Of a DNA stretch of 64,000 nt, positions 39,755 through 53,886 are shown piece after piece. The stretch is from NCBI RefSeq assembly GCF_009914755.1, contig NC_060928.1; one strand, written 5' to 3'. Source of the stretch: the human T2T-CHM13v2.0 reference genome, Homo sapiens. The first letter of the stretch is position 1, and every line of letters starts with the position of its first letter. The position numbers and the translations under genes were made by a program. The notes beneath the pieces are model-generated. The model did not search any database. It was not told the origin of the DNA and worked only from the letters and a program-made list of their open reading frames with translations.

Positions 39755-40636
39755 TTAAAAAAAAAAAGTGGAAATACGGCCTTCCTACTATTTCCTAGAT
39801 TTTGTTAAAAGAGATGATATACTGGTGTAGGAACAGGGTTTGTTAAATGCGAAGTGTAATCCACTAAGCATCAGTAATCTCTTGGGCCTAAAAGCTCACC
39901 TGAGTTTGGTCACAAACACTGTGAACAGGGAAAAGACCTGTACTCCATAATGCCAGTTCTTATAGCACAGCTTTACAAAGAGCTTCAATGAGCATTGAAC
40001 TTCTCATTTGTCAAGAGGGAAAAGAAGACAATAATAGCAAAGCCACATATGTAATCTGAGATCTGCTTATCATTTGGAAGAAAAGCAAGCAAAAAACAGT
40101 ATTTTCAGGAAGCAGCAAAGCCTGGCAGCATGGTGGACTTTGTCTGCAAAATAATTTGTCAGGTTATATCCTTTTGTTTGTTTCAAGAATTTTGACCCAG
40201 TGATAGTAGAGAAAGAAATTAAACTGTGAAACATGTCAGAGTGAGGGCTGAATATTTGCATCTGGAGGAGAATCGTGACTGCCTCTTCCCTTACAAAGCC
40301 ACAGCCCACAGAGAGGGCCTGGCAGCAGAATGACAGGGTTTAGGGGCCGTGTTCATAGACAGTGGGTGACCATGTGATTTCAGCAGAAACACCAAGCAGT
40401 GAGGTGCCTGCCTTCAAAGCCACACGGCACATAGTATGAGCTTAAGAATGAGCAAGGACATTTACAAATAAGTCGTTCAATGGCATGTCCTTGTTTTCAG
40501 AAATAAGCCTCCCTACAGCACTGTTTAGTGGAGAAAAATAAAAGCCAGCACCCAGGAACCCCATACTTCCCTTAAAGCATTTCTTCCCTCTTCTGTCCTC
40601 TCCCAGGTTCAGGACCTCCAGAATTCCTCCTCCTTT

Positions 40637-41368
40637 TGTAATCACCCATCAGGTTCTTCTTGCCTACTGCACAGATAAAACCAATGCACTGAGACACCAC
40701 TATTGCAGTAGAGAAAGAGTCTAATTAACACATGGCTAGCCAAGCAACCAATGAGAGTTTATTACTCAAATCAGCCTCCCCAAGAGCTTAGAGGCAAGGG
40801 TTTTAATGTATAATTTGTCAGGTAGGGAGCTAGGGAATGGGTGCTGCTGACTGGTTGAGGATGGAATCATAGGGATGTGGAAAACAGTCCTCATGTGTTA
40901 AGTCTGCCTTTGGGTGGAGGCCACAGTACTAGCTGAGTCATGAGTCATGGGTCCAGGTGGGGTCAGCCAGTGATGTTATCCGTAGGAGCAATTTGGGCAG
41001 CCACAAGTCTTGTGAACTCTGGCTTCATGACTTCCGAGCAGTAAGGGATTATAGAAAAACAAGGGCTGGTTATTCTTTAACCATGCCTACGTTTTAGCAA
41101 AATTCAAGTCCCTCCCATAATTCTAATCTTGTGGCTTTTCATTAGTCTTACAAAGGTGGTCTTAGTCCCTGAGAAAGGAGGGGGCTAGTTTTAGGGAGAG
41201 ACTGTTATCCTTGCTTCAAAGTTAAACTATAAACTAAATTCCTCCTGTGGTTAGCTTGGTGTATGCCAGGGAATGAGTGAGGACAGTCACCTAGTGAGAC
41301 TAGAAGCAAGATGCAGTCAGCCATGCTAGACTTCTCTCGCTGTCATAATCTTTGCAAAGGCAGTTTTA
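40637..41368 (-). mobile_element. LTR8A/LTR8B-type solo LTR (ERV1)
   Basis: Minus strand starts (t)aaaactgcctttgcaaagattatgacagcgagagaagtctagcatggctgac, about 730 bp, and ends ...gggtgattaca. Confidence 0.85.
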
Positions 41369-41925
41369 GTCTTTTCCTCCTCCTCATGGCATCTCATGAA
41401 AAACATCTCCCTGCTGTACTCCTTCCCCTGCTCACCAAGCTCCCACACCACCAGCAGGGGACAGACTTCTAGATTATTAAACAGTATATTTAATATTCTA
41501 ATCTGATGTAATTGCCTTTGGACAACTTCATAAAGTCCAGAAAGTTCCCAAAGATAGGAAGTGGGGGACAGAGACTGATCTTACATTTGTATGACCAAAA
41601 ATGTCTCATTGTTCATCTTTTTGTTTTTATTGATTGAAACGGAACAGAGCAGATGTGTTAATCTGAGATGCTGAGGCTGATGGATCTCCAGTTTTAAATT
41701 TGAAGAACAGAAACCAATACCCTTTCCCCTAAATGATTATTCTTTTATGCTCCTTTATCCTCTGTTTTACCCCCAATCTGCTGTCTTTCAGGAGACAGTG
41801 TTTATCAGGTCTTTTCAGTCTGGCCTGTAGACTCAGGAATGGCTGCTGGAGGAGAGAGCTTATGGTTTTGTTTGTTCAGGCTGAGACACAACTGTTAATA
41901 ATTGTCATCTAAAACCAAGTTAGAG

Positions 41926-42839
<914 letters not shown>

Positions 42840-43044
42840 TTAGTTATCTGCTCCCGTGAACTCTAAACTTTCATTCAGATTGAAGATATGCTTTTAAAAC
42901 ATCAGGTGATTAGTTCAAAACAAGACAGCTTTTTTGAAAAACTGAAAACAAAATTCTTTTTTCCCAGAAAAGAAGAATCTTCTACAGGAATTCCCAATTT
43001 TCACTCAGAGAAAAAGATATAAATTTCTAGCAGTAAACAGATAG

Positions 43045-43228
<184 letters not shown>

Positions 43229-44876
43229 TAGAGACGGGGTTTCACCGTGTTAGCCAGGATGGTCTCGATCTCCTGACCTCGTGATCTGCCCGCCTCGGCC
43301 TTCCAAAAGTGCTGGGATTACAGGTGTGAGCCGCTGTGCCCAGCCAACAGGTAGCCATTTTCTTAAAATGTCTCCAGCCTTCAAGAGTACATGAGTCCAA
43401 ACTCTGAGACGCGCAATCAAGAAAAGCTTTATGCAAATGAGTTAGATTAGGGGATAGGAAGAAATTCAGGATTACTTCTTGTTTTCTAGCTTCAGCAGCC
43501 AGGTGGAGGGTGGAGCCAGAAAACAAAATGGGGAAGATCAGATCTGGGTGGAAGAATAGGTGTTGAGAAAATCTAAAGCTGTTTTTCAACTTGTTAAGTG
43601 TGAGGTGCCTAAAACCTCCAGGAGAAAATGTAGAGAAAACAGATGCCAAGAGTTCATCAGTTGGCCGGGTGCAGTGGCTCATGCCTATAATCACACTTTG
43701 GGAGGTTGAGGCGGGAGATTCACTTGAGCCCAGGAGTTGAAGACTAGCCTGAGCAACATGGTAACACTCCATCTTTACAAAAAATACAAAAGTTAGCCAG
43801 GCATGGTGTTGCATGTCTCTGGTCCCAGATACTTGGGAGGCTGAGGTGGGAGGATCACTTGAGCCCAGGATTCAGAGGTTGCAATGAGCCAAGGTCATGC
43901 TACTGTACTCCAGCCTGGGCAACAGAGCAAGACCCTGTCTCAAAAAAAGAAAAAAGAGTTTTTCAGTCAAAGGAGAGATTGGGAGTGAAAATACAGATTT
44001 AGGGTTCATTGGCACAAAAATGGTGCTTGAATTCATGGTAATGAATGAGATCAACAAGGAAGTGTAGAGGAAGACAAGAAAAGAGTTTTAGAAAAAATCA
44101 ACCCGTAGTGATATAGTGTGACCTCACCCTCATACTATTCTCTAAATTAAGAGGCAAAGCTGTAAAGTCACCAACTCCTTGTCAAGGCAATCCCCCAGGA
44201 GTTGGGACATGGAAGTATTTTCTTCCTGTTACATATAGAAATGACAGGAACACTAGTTCAACATTCAAGAACAATTTTATCCCATGACTGTTCACAAATA
44301 ACACCTTAGCATATCATGAATGAGGCTACACGTTCATGTAAACCAAGCTTAGTTAGTACTCCCATCAAGATCACTATTATAAGAATTGCCATTCTTGGCC
44401 TTTTCTAAATCCTGTGGGCAAATGTATTCCTTGTGTTCTACCAGCTTCAAATTCTGAGCCCCACTAAGGACTAGAAGAACTCATTTATTCATTTGTTCAT
44501 TGACAAATGTTTATTAAGTGTCTACTATATGCCTTGGGGAACCAGCAGTGAACTAGCCAACACACTACGTTGGAGGTGAAATTGGTTTCTGTTTTAAAAT
44601 AAGGAAAAAGTGTTACCTCAAGCAACATATATATATGCTGGGACTACAGGCACCTGCCACCACGCCTGGCTACTTTTTTTATATTTTTAGTAGAGACTTG
44701 GTTTCACCATGTTCGCCAGGATGGTCTCAATCTCCTGACTTTGTGATCCGCCCACCTTGGCCTGCCAAAGTGCTGGGATTACAGGTGTGAGCCACTGCGC
44801 CCGGCCTCCTATGCCTACATTTTAACAGAATTCAGGCCCCTCCCTCAATCCTAATTTCGTAGCCTTTCACTAATTT

Positions 44877-45040
44877 CACAGAGGACACCCAGCTTGTGTC
44901 CACTGCATAACTGATTGTTTGCTTGGTGGTGGGAAGAAACCCACCCTCTGACATTTGGTCACAGAAGTCTTCTGGGTTGATGATTGTCGGGTTGAATGAG
45001 AGAATAGTAAAAATGGTTTGAGAGTTTTCTCTAACACCAC
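44877..45040 (+). mobile_element. MER21-like ERVL LTR fragment
   Basis: gaggacacccagcttgtgtccactgca...acatttggtcacagaagtcttctg motif. Confidence 0.55.
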
Positions 45041-45051
45041 AACTTCGTTAA

Positions 45052-45399
<348 letters not shown>

Positions 45400-45411
45400 T
45401 AATATTGCCAG

Positions 45412-45818
45412 TGATACAGGAGTTAAGAAGAAATTACTTAGGCAGATAGTGAGGGTATGGGAGTCCTCGATAAGGTTTTCCTTATCGAGGCAGCCTATAA
45501 AATCAAGCTACAGACATAGACAAGCAAGCTGGAAGCTTGCACAGGCAAATGCCAGCAGTTGTGCCAAAAGTAATATACTACCTGGGACTAGTCACGTTCA
45601 AAATGGTGGCTCCATCTTTTATTTTTGCCAGCCATGGGTACAGTAAGGAGCAGGCAAGATGGTACTGGCCAAGTGGAAAGCCCATTTGCATAATAAGATT
45701 AGGGTGGGGTGACCAGCCTTCCCATACACCATGTAAACATCACAGCTGGTCAAACAAATCTGTGGGCCCTAGTAAATCAGACACTGCCTCCTCAAGCCTG
45801 CCTATAAAATCTGCTGCG
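45412..45818 (+). mobile_element. ERV1 LTR 5' portion (MER61/LTR25/LTR9 group), truncated by an Alu
   Basis: Starts tgatacaggagttaagaagaaattacttaggcagatagtgaggg. Contains octamer ATTTGCAT (45684-45691) and TATA-like ctataaaa. Confidence 0.75.
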
Positions 45819-46928
45819 CTGCTGGGTGGGGTGGCTCACATCTGTAATCCCAGCACTTTGGGAGGCTGAGGCAGGCGGATCACTTGAGGTCAGGAGTTTG
45901 AGACCAGACTGACCAACATGGTGAAACCCCATCTCTACTAAAAATACAAAAATTAGCTGGGCGTGGTGGTGGGCACCTGTAATCCCAGCTACTCAGGAGG
46001 CTGAGGCGGAGAATTGCTTGAACCTGGGAGGCGGAGGCTATAAGTGAGCTGAGATCACACTACTGCATTCCAGCCTGGGAGACTCCGTCTCAGAAAAAAT
46101 AATAATAATAATAAAAATAATTTCTTAATTTTTTGAATATTTAGGGGAACAAAATACAACACATAATTTTATGTCCCCTGTTGATACTTGGATATTTCCC
46201 TATAGATGTGTAGGAAATTTTTCTTTCTTTCATCCATTCTGGTCTCATCAGGCTTTTAAAACCAACTACAGTCATAAATTACCTAATTCAAATGCTATTT
46301 ATCTCTTTAAATTCCAAAATTATTGCTTAGGCTTTAACACACAAAAAAATCACAGAAAATAATGGAGAAATAGTTTCAGTTCAGTTTTTCAGCTTTATAA
46401 TAATAGGTTTTGATGTGGCGGTCAATACATGAACTATGGAAAAAGGAAAGAAAATGAAGAAAAATGTGATTTAGCCAGTGGCTTAGCTTTGCATATGATA
46501 CAGGAGGAACTAAACTAGTTTAGTAAACAGGTTGAATTTAAAAAAACAAACACACACATACACACTTAGTCCTGATCCTGTGTGGAAAATCAAAGAGTAG
46601 AGGAGTTGAATACCAGGAGTGAGTCAGGCAGCACCTGCGCTGCATGGGAATCTGTGCAGCATGGACTATTTCTGCCACCACTGAAGCAGATGTTACACAA
46701 GAGCCAGAGAAGAAAGACATAAAAAAAATATAAGATTTTTGTTTGTTTGAGACAGGGTCTCACTTTGTCACCCAGGCTGGAATGCAGTGGTTCTATCAGA
46801 GCTCACCGCAGCCTTGACATCCTGGGCTCCAGTGACCTTCCCACCTCAGCCTCCTGAGTAGCTAGGACCACAGGCGTGCGCTACTACACTTGCTAATTAA
46901 AAAAAATTTTTTTGTTGTTGAAACAGGG

Positions 46929-47285
46929 TAATATGGTTTGGCTCTGTGTCCCCACCCAAATCTCACCTTGAATTGTAATAAGCCCCACGCGTCAAGGGTG
47001 GGACCAGGTGGAGATAATTGAATTATGGGGGCGGTTTTCCCCATACTGTTTTCATGATAGTGAGTGAATTCTCACAAGATCTGATGGTTTTATAAGGGGC
47101 TTCCCCCTTTGCTTGGCTCTCATTCTCTCTACTGCCACCCAGTGAAGACGTGCCTTCCACCAGGGCTGTAAGTTTCCTGAGGCCTCCCCAGCCATGTGGA
47201 ACTGTGAGTCAATTAAATCTCTTTTCTTTATAAATTACCCAGTCTTGAGTATTTCTTCATAATAGCATGAGAGCGGACTCATACA
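46929..47285 (+). mobile_element. THE1D-like solo LTR inserted into an antisense AluJ (46740-47385)
   Basis: taatatggtttggctctgtgtccccacccaaatctc...ggactcataca, with TSD caggg/cagag. The Alu sequence resumes after it. Confidence 0.88.
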
Positions 47286-49001
47286 CAGAGTCTCACTATG
47301 TTGCCCAGGCTGGTTTCAAACTCTTGGATTCAAGCAATCCTCCTGACTTGTGCTGGGATTATAGGTGTGAGCCACTGTACCCAACCAAAGACAAGATTTG
47401 AGGGGGAATTGCATCAGAATTTAGGATTACAGTGACATTACTTGGAAGTCATTTGAAGGGTGTTCTTCACTGGAAGATGTTGAAACATCTTCCCTAAGAG
47501 AAGACCTAAAAATTCCAGAGCAAAAACCAGCTGCTGTAGTGGAAATGACCTATGAAAACCTTAACATTCTGGAGAGGATGGAGAAAATTAGAGAGATGAA
47601 CAGGGAACTAGAATTGCTGGAAATTCTAAGTTACTTGTAATAATGAGAAATGCTCTGCTCCCAAGACTGAATAGAGGCTGTGTCCCTGTAGAGAGTACCA
47701 GTTGCCAGAATGCAGGAACTAGGGCAGAAATAGAAAAGAAAAAATAAAGTGGAAAGAAGAGGGCAGGAAACACATAGTACTTTAGTTCAGAATGTCGATT
47801 CCTTGTCTCATTAATTCAGGAGCTCTACCTGCAGCCGCTAAGTATGGTCCATATCTATATTATTGGACTAGAGCTCATTCAATTACCACCTACAGGGAAA
47901 CGTACTTGTCTCATAGTAGGAGGACCACCTGCTTCAGAAATACTTGTAGTCCTTATTAAAATTCAGAAGCCTGGATCCTACCACAGATTTGAGTCAGAAA
48001 AGCTGGAGGAATCACTATTATTACAAATTCCAACCACACTTAAGGCTCTGAAAACCTTGTTAAAGTCACCAGAAAGACTTAGCTGGTATGACAGAATTTA
48101 TGCTATCATAATTGGTAATCTGAGTTGCGCCTCTGGCCATCACTTCAGCAACTGTCTTAGAGATGCTTTATTAGGAACAGGTGGTTTGCCACTCTGATCC
48201 CAAGAGATGCATAGAGCCTTATGGCATCTGTGGCAGATAGATGTGCCAAAGATGGCTGACAGATGCAGAGCCTTATGGCATCTATGGCCAAAGATGGATA
48301 ACTGGGTGAACTGCACACTTAATTTGTAGAGACTAAAATAGCTTCCCATCACTTTGGAGAATGAATTATTATTCTAGATACCGTGGTGTTGACAGGAACA
48401 TAGGAACATATAACTAGATATGATACACAGTCACATTTTGTATAAATCTCAGTTGGTTACTATTGGTAACAGTGGACCTGATATCCAGGCTTAGGGAAAT
48501 AAGTGTCCTGTTGTACATATACATCTAGTTGCCCTTAAGTCATGGTGTATTTAAGATGGTCATGGTTGATATGTGGCACATTTACTGTCACTTCACACAG
48601 CCACCTGTGGCAGACATCCTAACAAATCACAGAATTCTTTCCTACCCAATCAGGAGGTCATTCTCTCAATCCAGGCTCCAGGAAGCTGATTACCAATTGA
48701 TTGGTTTAGAAGGGCAATTGAAAACCATTAGCCTTCCATTTACTAACGGATATCTCCTGTGTCTGTGAAAGGGTACCAAGGATAAAAGATGCCTTGAGGG
48801 CCGTGTGCGGTGTCTTATGCCTGTAATCCCAGCACTTGGGGAGTCCGAGGCAGGCGGATCACTTGAGATCAGTAATTTGAGACCAGCCTGGCCAACATGG
48901 TGAAACCTCATCTTTTTTTGAGACAGGGTCTTGCTCTGTTGCCCAGGCTGGAGTACAGTAGCATGATCTTGGCTCATTGCAACCTCTGAATCCTGGGCTC
49001 A

Positions 49002-49193
<192 letters not shown>

Positions 49194-52100
49194 TTATACT
49201 CAGAGGTCAGCAAAGAATTCCCACCAATTTACTAAGCACCTTTTATAAAGCATGTATTGCTTTTTTTTTTTTGGTATCTCACTTTAGTTGACAAAGGATG
49301 CAATAAGGGAAACATGTACACCACAGGCAATCAGTGCATATAGATCCCTGTTAAAAACTCAACATGTAACCTATATATATAGTCATACATTCTTTGCTAA
49401 TGCGTAGCTTTCTGAACCACTTTAAAATATACATTTTATGTCACTTGTTGATCATGAGAAGTTTGTGACATTACCCTCATTTTTCTGGTAAGCCAGAGAA
49501 ATTAAATGACTTGCTAAAATCACCCAACAAATTGGTGGTAGACCCTGGTCTTTCCCTTCTCAAGTCAGTGCTCTATTCATAATATTAGAGCATTTCAAAT
49601 GATGTGCAGATTATAGCTGCAGCCCCATCCTCTCTTATCATTTCTGGAATGGTTCCCTTTAAAGTCAGTTGTTTAATGCACCAATTTTTCTGTTTGTGAG
49701 TAGTGCCAGACCAGGCCCCACCTTGTATCCCTCTAGCCATTTTCACTGACATGTCTCACGTTTGTTCTACAGGGAAGGAAGTACAGAGTGAAGGAGGGAT
49801 ATACAAATTATGAGGAGATGTGAAAATAAGAGACTGAATAGTGCTAGAAAAAGCCATGGAATGGGCTATTTTGCAAAGTTTTGAAGACCCTCTCCCCGGA
49901 AGGGTCCAGTTGGGTCCCTGAAGACCCTCTGGCAGATGCCCCAGGAAGGACTTCTGCTCTGCACAAGAGGTGCTGGGTAATCCTGGGAGGTCTAGTCTGC
50001 CAACCAGGTGCTATGACTGCGTATTCTTGACTTACTGAAAAAACTTTGAACTCCAGCATTTGGTAGCAGTTATTTTTTTTAAAAGTTAATTTAAAGATAC
50101 TCCTAATTTGCAATGTGGGTAGAGAGGGAAGAGGGAAAGAGAGGGATCTACAGCAGATCAAGTTTGTAAGGGGTTCGGCACGCCTAAGTGGTGAAATGGT
50201 AAGTGATTATTTTTCATAAAAGTTTTTTTTTAATTGCTGAAGTGTTTCTATTTCTCATCTGACAGAGCAAGAATGTGGAACAAAGGGTGGACACATAAAT
50301 AGTAATGTTAAAAATCTTCTAATGTTGTGACCCTCATGAGATGGAGGAATGGATATTCAGATAGAAGACCATGTAGCCTTAATAATTCCCTCAACAATAA
50401 TCCAAAATCCTATAACTCATACTCATTTTTTTCAGTCTTTAACTCATTATTTAATTTTTATTTTTTAAACCTTCACTTAAGCAGCATTTGTCAAATACAC
50501 ATGATATGCCTCAAGGAAGAACTAAATAGTCTCATTCAATATGGATCTAATCACTTTTCTGTTCTAGTATGTCTGTCTGTTTTTTACCTAAGGTAGTTTT
50601 TAGGGGGAAAAAAATCTCACTATTATTTGCGTGAAACCTAGGGAAATCTGCAGAAAACATGCTCTAATTCTAAGTCTGTTTCATAATATATACATATGTA
50701 GAGAGAATATAGAGAAAAACCATTCTTCTTTCAAAGAGGAGGACATGAACTACAGGCTAATACCAAGCTGAAGTTAAGAAGGGACATAAACATCATGACT
50801 GCATTAGCTTCTCAGGAAATGGGTGCCTGAAATAAGAACACCGCATTCACCATTCTGGCTGGGTAAAGGAGACTGGTGCTCCTTTCATTTGGAGGCTGTT
50901 AAAAAAGAAGTCTTGTAATGAGCACTATTTGCAAGATCACTCATGGAATGAATGAGTGAATGAATTGTGGTACATGGCCGAAGACACAACTACTCTGGAA
51001 GGCAAGATAAAGAAATGGGAAAAAACAGACCTTTGGAGACAGACAGAATAAACTTGAGTCCAAATTCCAGCATTTATATGTTTGGTGACCTTAAATGTTT
51101 CTGATTCCTGGTTTCCATATCTATAAAGTAGAGATAATACCTATAGCACAAAGAGTTCGTGAGTAGTAAATGAGCAAACACGTCAGCACGATATTCTAGG
51201 ATGTAGTAGGAGTGCAATCAATAGCTATTTCCTTTCTTTCCTCTTCTCCCCTGCAGTGGCCGTGTGCTGGGCCAAAGAGATGCTCTCTTGGCTGTCTATG
51301 CAGGGAGAGGCAGATCAAAGGGGCTGCATGATAACAGCCCCATAAAAGTTTGCATAGATGTAAAAGGGAAACAAAGCAGAGAGCCTGAATTACACACCTT
51401 AGTCCTGGAAATTACTAGCCATTGTAGAGGGCTGTTTGAAGGAGGAAGAAGAGAAACACACTCTCTATCAATGCATTTATTTAATCAATGCCAAGAACAT
51501 CCAGTCACGGAATCCTTAACCTAGAAGTAACCTTAAATGTAATCTCACAGAACTTCCTCATGACGGATATGGAAACTGATGTTACCAAATGTCAAATGAC
51601 TTCGGAAGGGTCAGAAAGTTAGCTATTTGCTGGGCTGTTCCCAGAACCTCTTCTCCAGAATCTAGTTAAGCCCCGCTTCTTCTATAGCATTTTGGGGTCA
51701 TGGAGCACTTTGAGAATCTCAGCCTCACACCCCATGTATGTAACTACATATACATGAGACTGCATTCAGTTTCAGGAGGTTCGTGGTCCGGCCACAAAGT
51801 TAACAACCGCTGTGTGTTATGTTGCCTTGAGCAAGGAATTTTGTTAATGAGAAAAGTAGGAAGTCTGGCAGCTAAGCAAGCACACAGGAGAAATGAAACC
51901 AGGGCCCTGCACACATCCCCAACCTGGGAAAACAGGTGAGTCACTTCCTGAGATAAGAACAAAAATAATAGAAGTTATTTATTGAGCACTTATTACTTGC
52001 CAGGCCCTGTGCTAAACACTTTCCATATGTTATCTCCCGTAAGTCTCTACTGCAACACGAAGGAGTAGCTGTCATTACTCCCACTTTATCAGTGAGGGAG

Positions 52101-52799
52101 CCAAGGCTTAACTTGCTCTGTGGGGTAGGAAAAAGGTCCATCGTGTTACTTCTTTGTTTAAAACATTTCAATGGCTTTCCAGCTTACTTGGAATAAAAGC
52201 TAAAAAGTTCTTATAATAAATTCTCTGATATCATGTTCTTCTATTACCGCCCCCCCAACCTCCCCACTCCTGCCCCACCTCTGGCCGCTTGCCATTTCTA
52301 GAACACTCCAGATGAGCTCTACTTCGAGACCTTGGCTCTAGCTCTTTGCTCTGCCTGGACTTTCGTCAGATGGGTCAGCCACATGTCCTTTTATTTTATT
52401 TTTAAAATTTTTCAATAAAATAGAACACATAAAATAAGGCCTTTAACTCCTGGGCTTCCACCTCAGCCCCCAGAGTATCTGGAACCATAGGCGTGCACCA
52501 CCACATCCAGCTTTTGCTTATCCTTTTAGATCGTTATTTTCTCACTGAGGTCTTCTCTAATAACCCTATTTAAAATTAGAACCCTTCAACACTTTATTCC
52601 TATTCCCTGCTTTATTTCTCTCTAGCACTTATCATCATCCTACTTGATGTACTTTTATTTAGTAATACTGTGGTTGTCTTCTCCTATGAGAGGCTAATCC
52701 CTACCATTGACAACTGTTACGGTAATAATTGGTTTATGCAGGAATCTTTAATGGACGTTACAAGTAGTGGGTGAAGGTGTGAGAATATTTACAACTCAC

Positions 52800-53570
52800 T
52801 ACAAGATCCTTATTTGTTATGATAGAGAAAATAGCAACTTTACAGTGGAGAATCCTGGAAGACACTATCTTAACCAAGTCATCAAAGTTAATCCATATTA
52901 ATTCACCCATCATGGGTAAATTGATGTCCTGTCCCTCCTAATATCATGCACTGCAAACATGGTGTCACTTTTGTGGGGTTTCTGCCACAATTGCATAATC
53001 TAATTACCCAAAAATGTTTGGCAAACCAAATTGAGTAATATTCTACAAAATAACTGACCTGCAATCTTAAAAAAATGTCAAGGTCATGAAAGACAGGGAA
53101 AAGACTGAGAAACTTCCACTTTGTAGGAGACTAAAGAGGCTTGACAACTGAATGCAATGTGTGACCCCAAACTGAGTTTCTGTTCTTACAAATAATGTTA
53201 CTGAGATAATTGATACAGTTTAAATAAGGTCCATTGAATAGCTAATAGTATTGTAAAATGTTAAATTCCTGATTTTGATATTTGTGTTGTAGTTATATAG
53301 GAGGATGTCCTTGTTCATAGGCAGTATGCACTGAAGTATTTAAGAGAAAAGGGCATCCAGTTTGTAATTTATTCTAAAATGACTCAGAAAAAATAAAATA
53401 GATAGACATATATAGAGGAGAGAGAGAAAATTAAGCAGATGTGGCAAAATGTTATTTTTTGGGGAATCTAAATGAAGGGTGTTCAGGAATGCTTTGTGCT
53501 ATTTCTGCAAATTTTCTTTAAGTCTGAAATTATTTAAAGTACTTATTTAAAGTAAAAGCTTACTAAAAGA
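52800..53570 (+). mobile_element. Old L1M 3'-end fragment
   Basis: aactttacagtggagaa...cttaaccaagtcatcaaagttaa...aaattcctgattttgata...taagtctgaaattattt motifs. Confidence 0.6.
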
Positions 53571-53845
53571 AAATCCCAGCTGGGCGCAGTGGCTCATGCC
53601 TGTAATCCCAGCACTTTGGGAGGCTGAGGCGAGTGGATCACCTGAGGTTGGGAGTTCAAGACCAGCCCGGCCAACATGGTGAAACTCCATCTTTACTAAA
53701 AATACAAAAAATTAGCCGAGAGTGGTTGAAGGCACCTGTAATCCCAGCAACTCAGGAGGCTGAGGCAGGAGAATCGCTTGAACCAAGGAGGCGGAGGTTG
53801 CAGTGAGCCAAGATCACGCCATTGCACTCCAGCCTGGGCAACAAG

Positions 53846-53886
<41 letters not shown>

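Noticed and set aside
43242-43814. 190-aa minus-strand ORF
   Set aside because: Starts and ends in Alus with L2-like sequence between them; an artefact.
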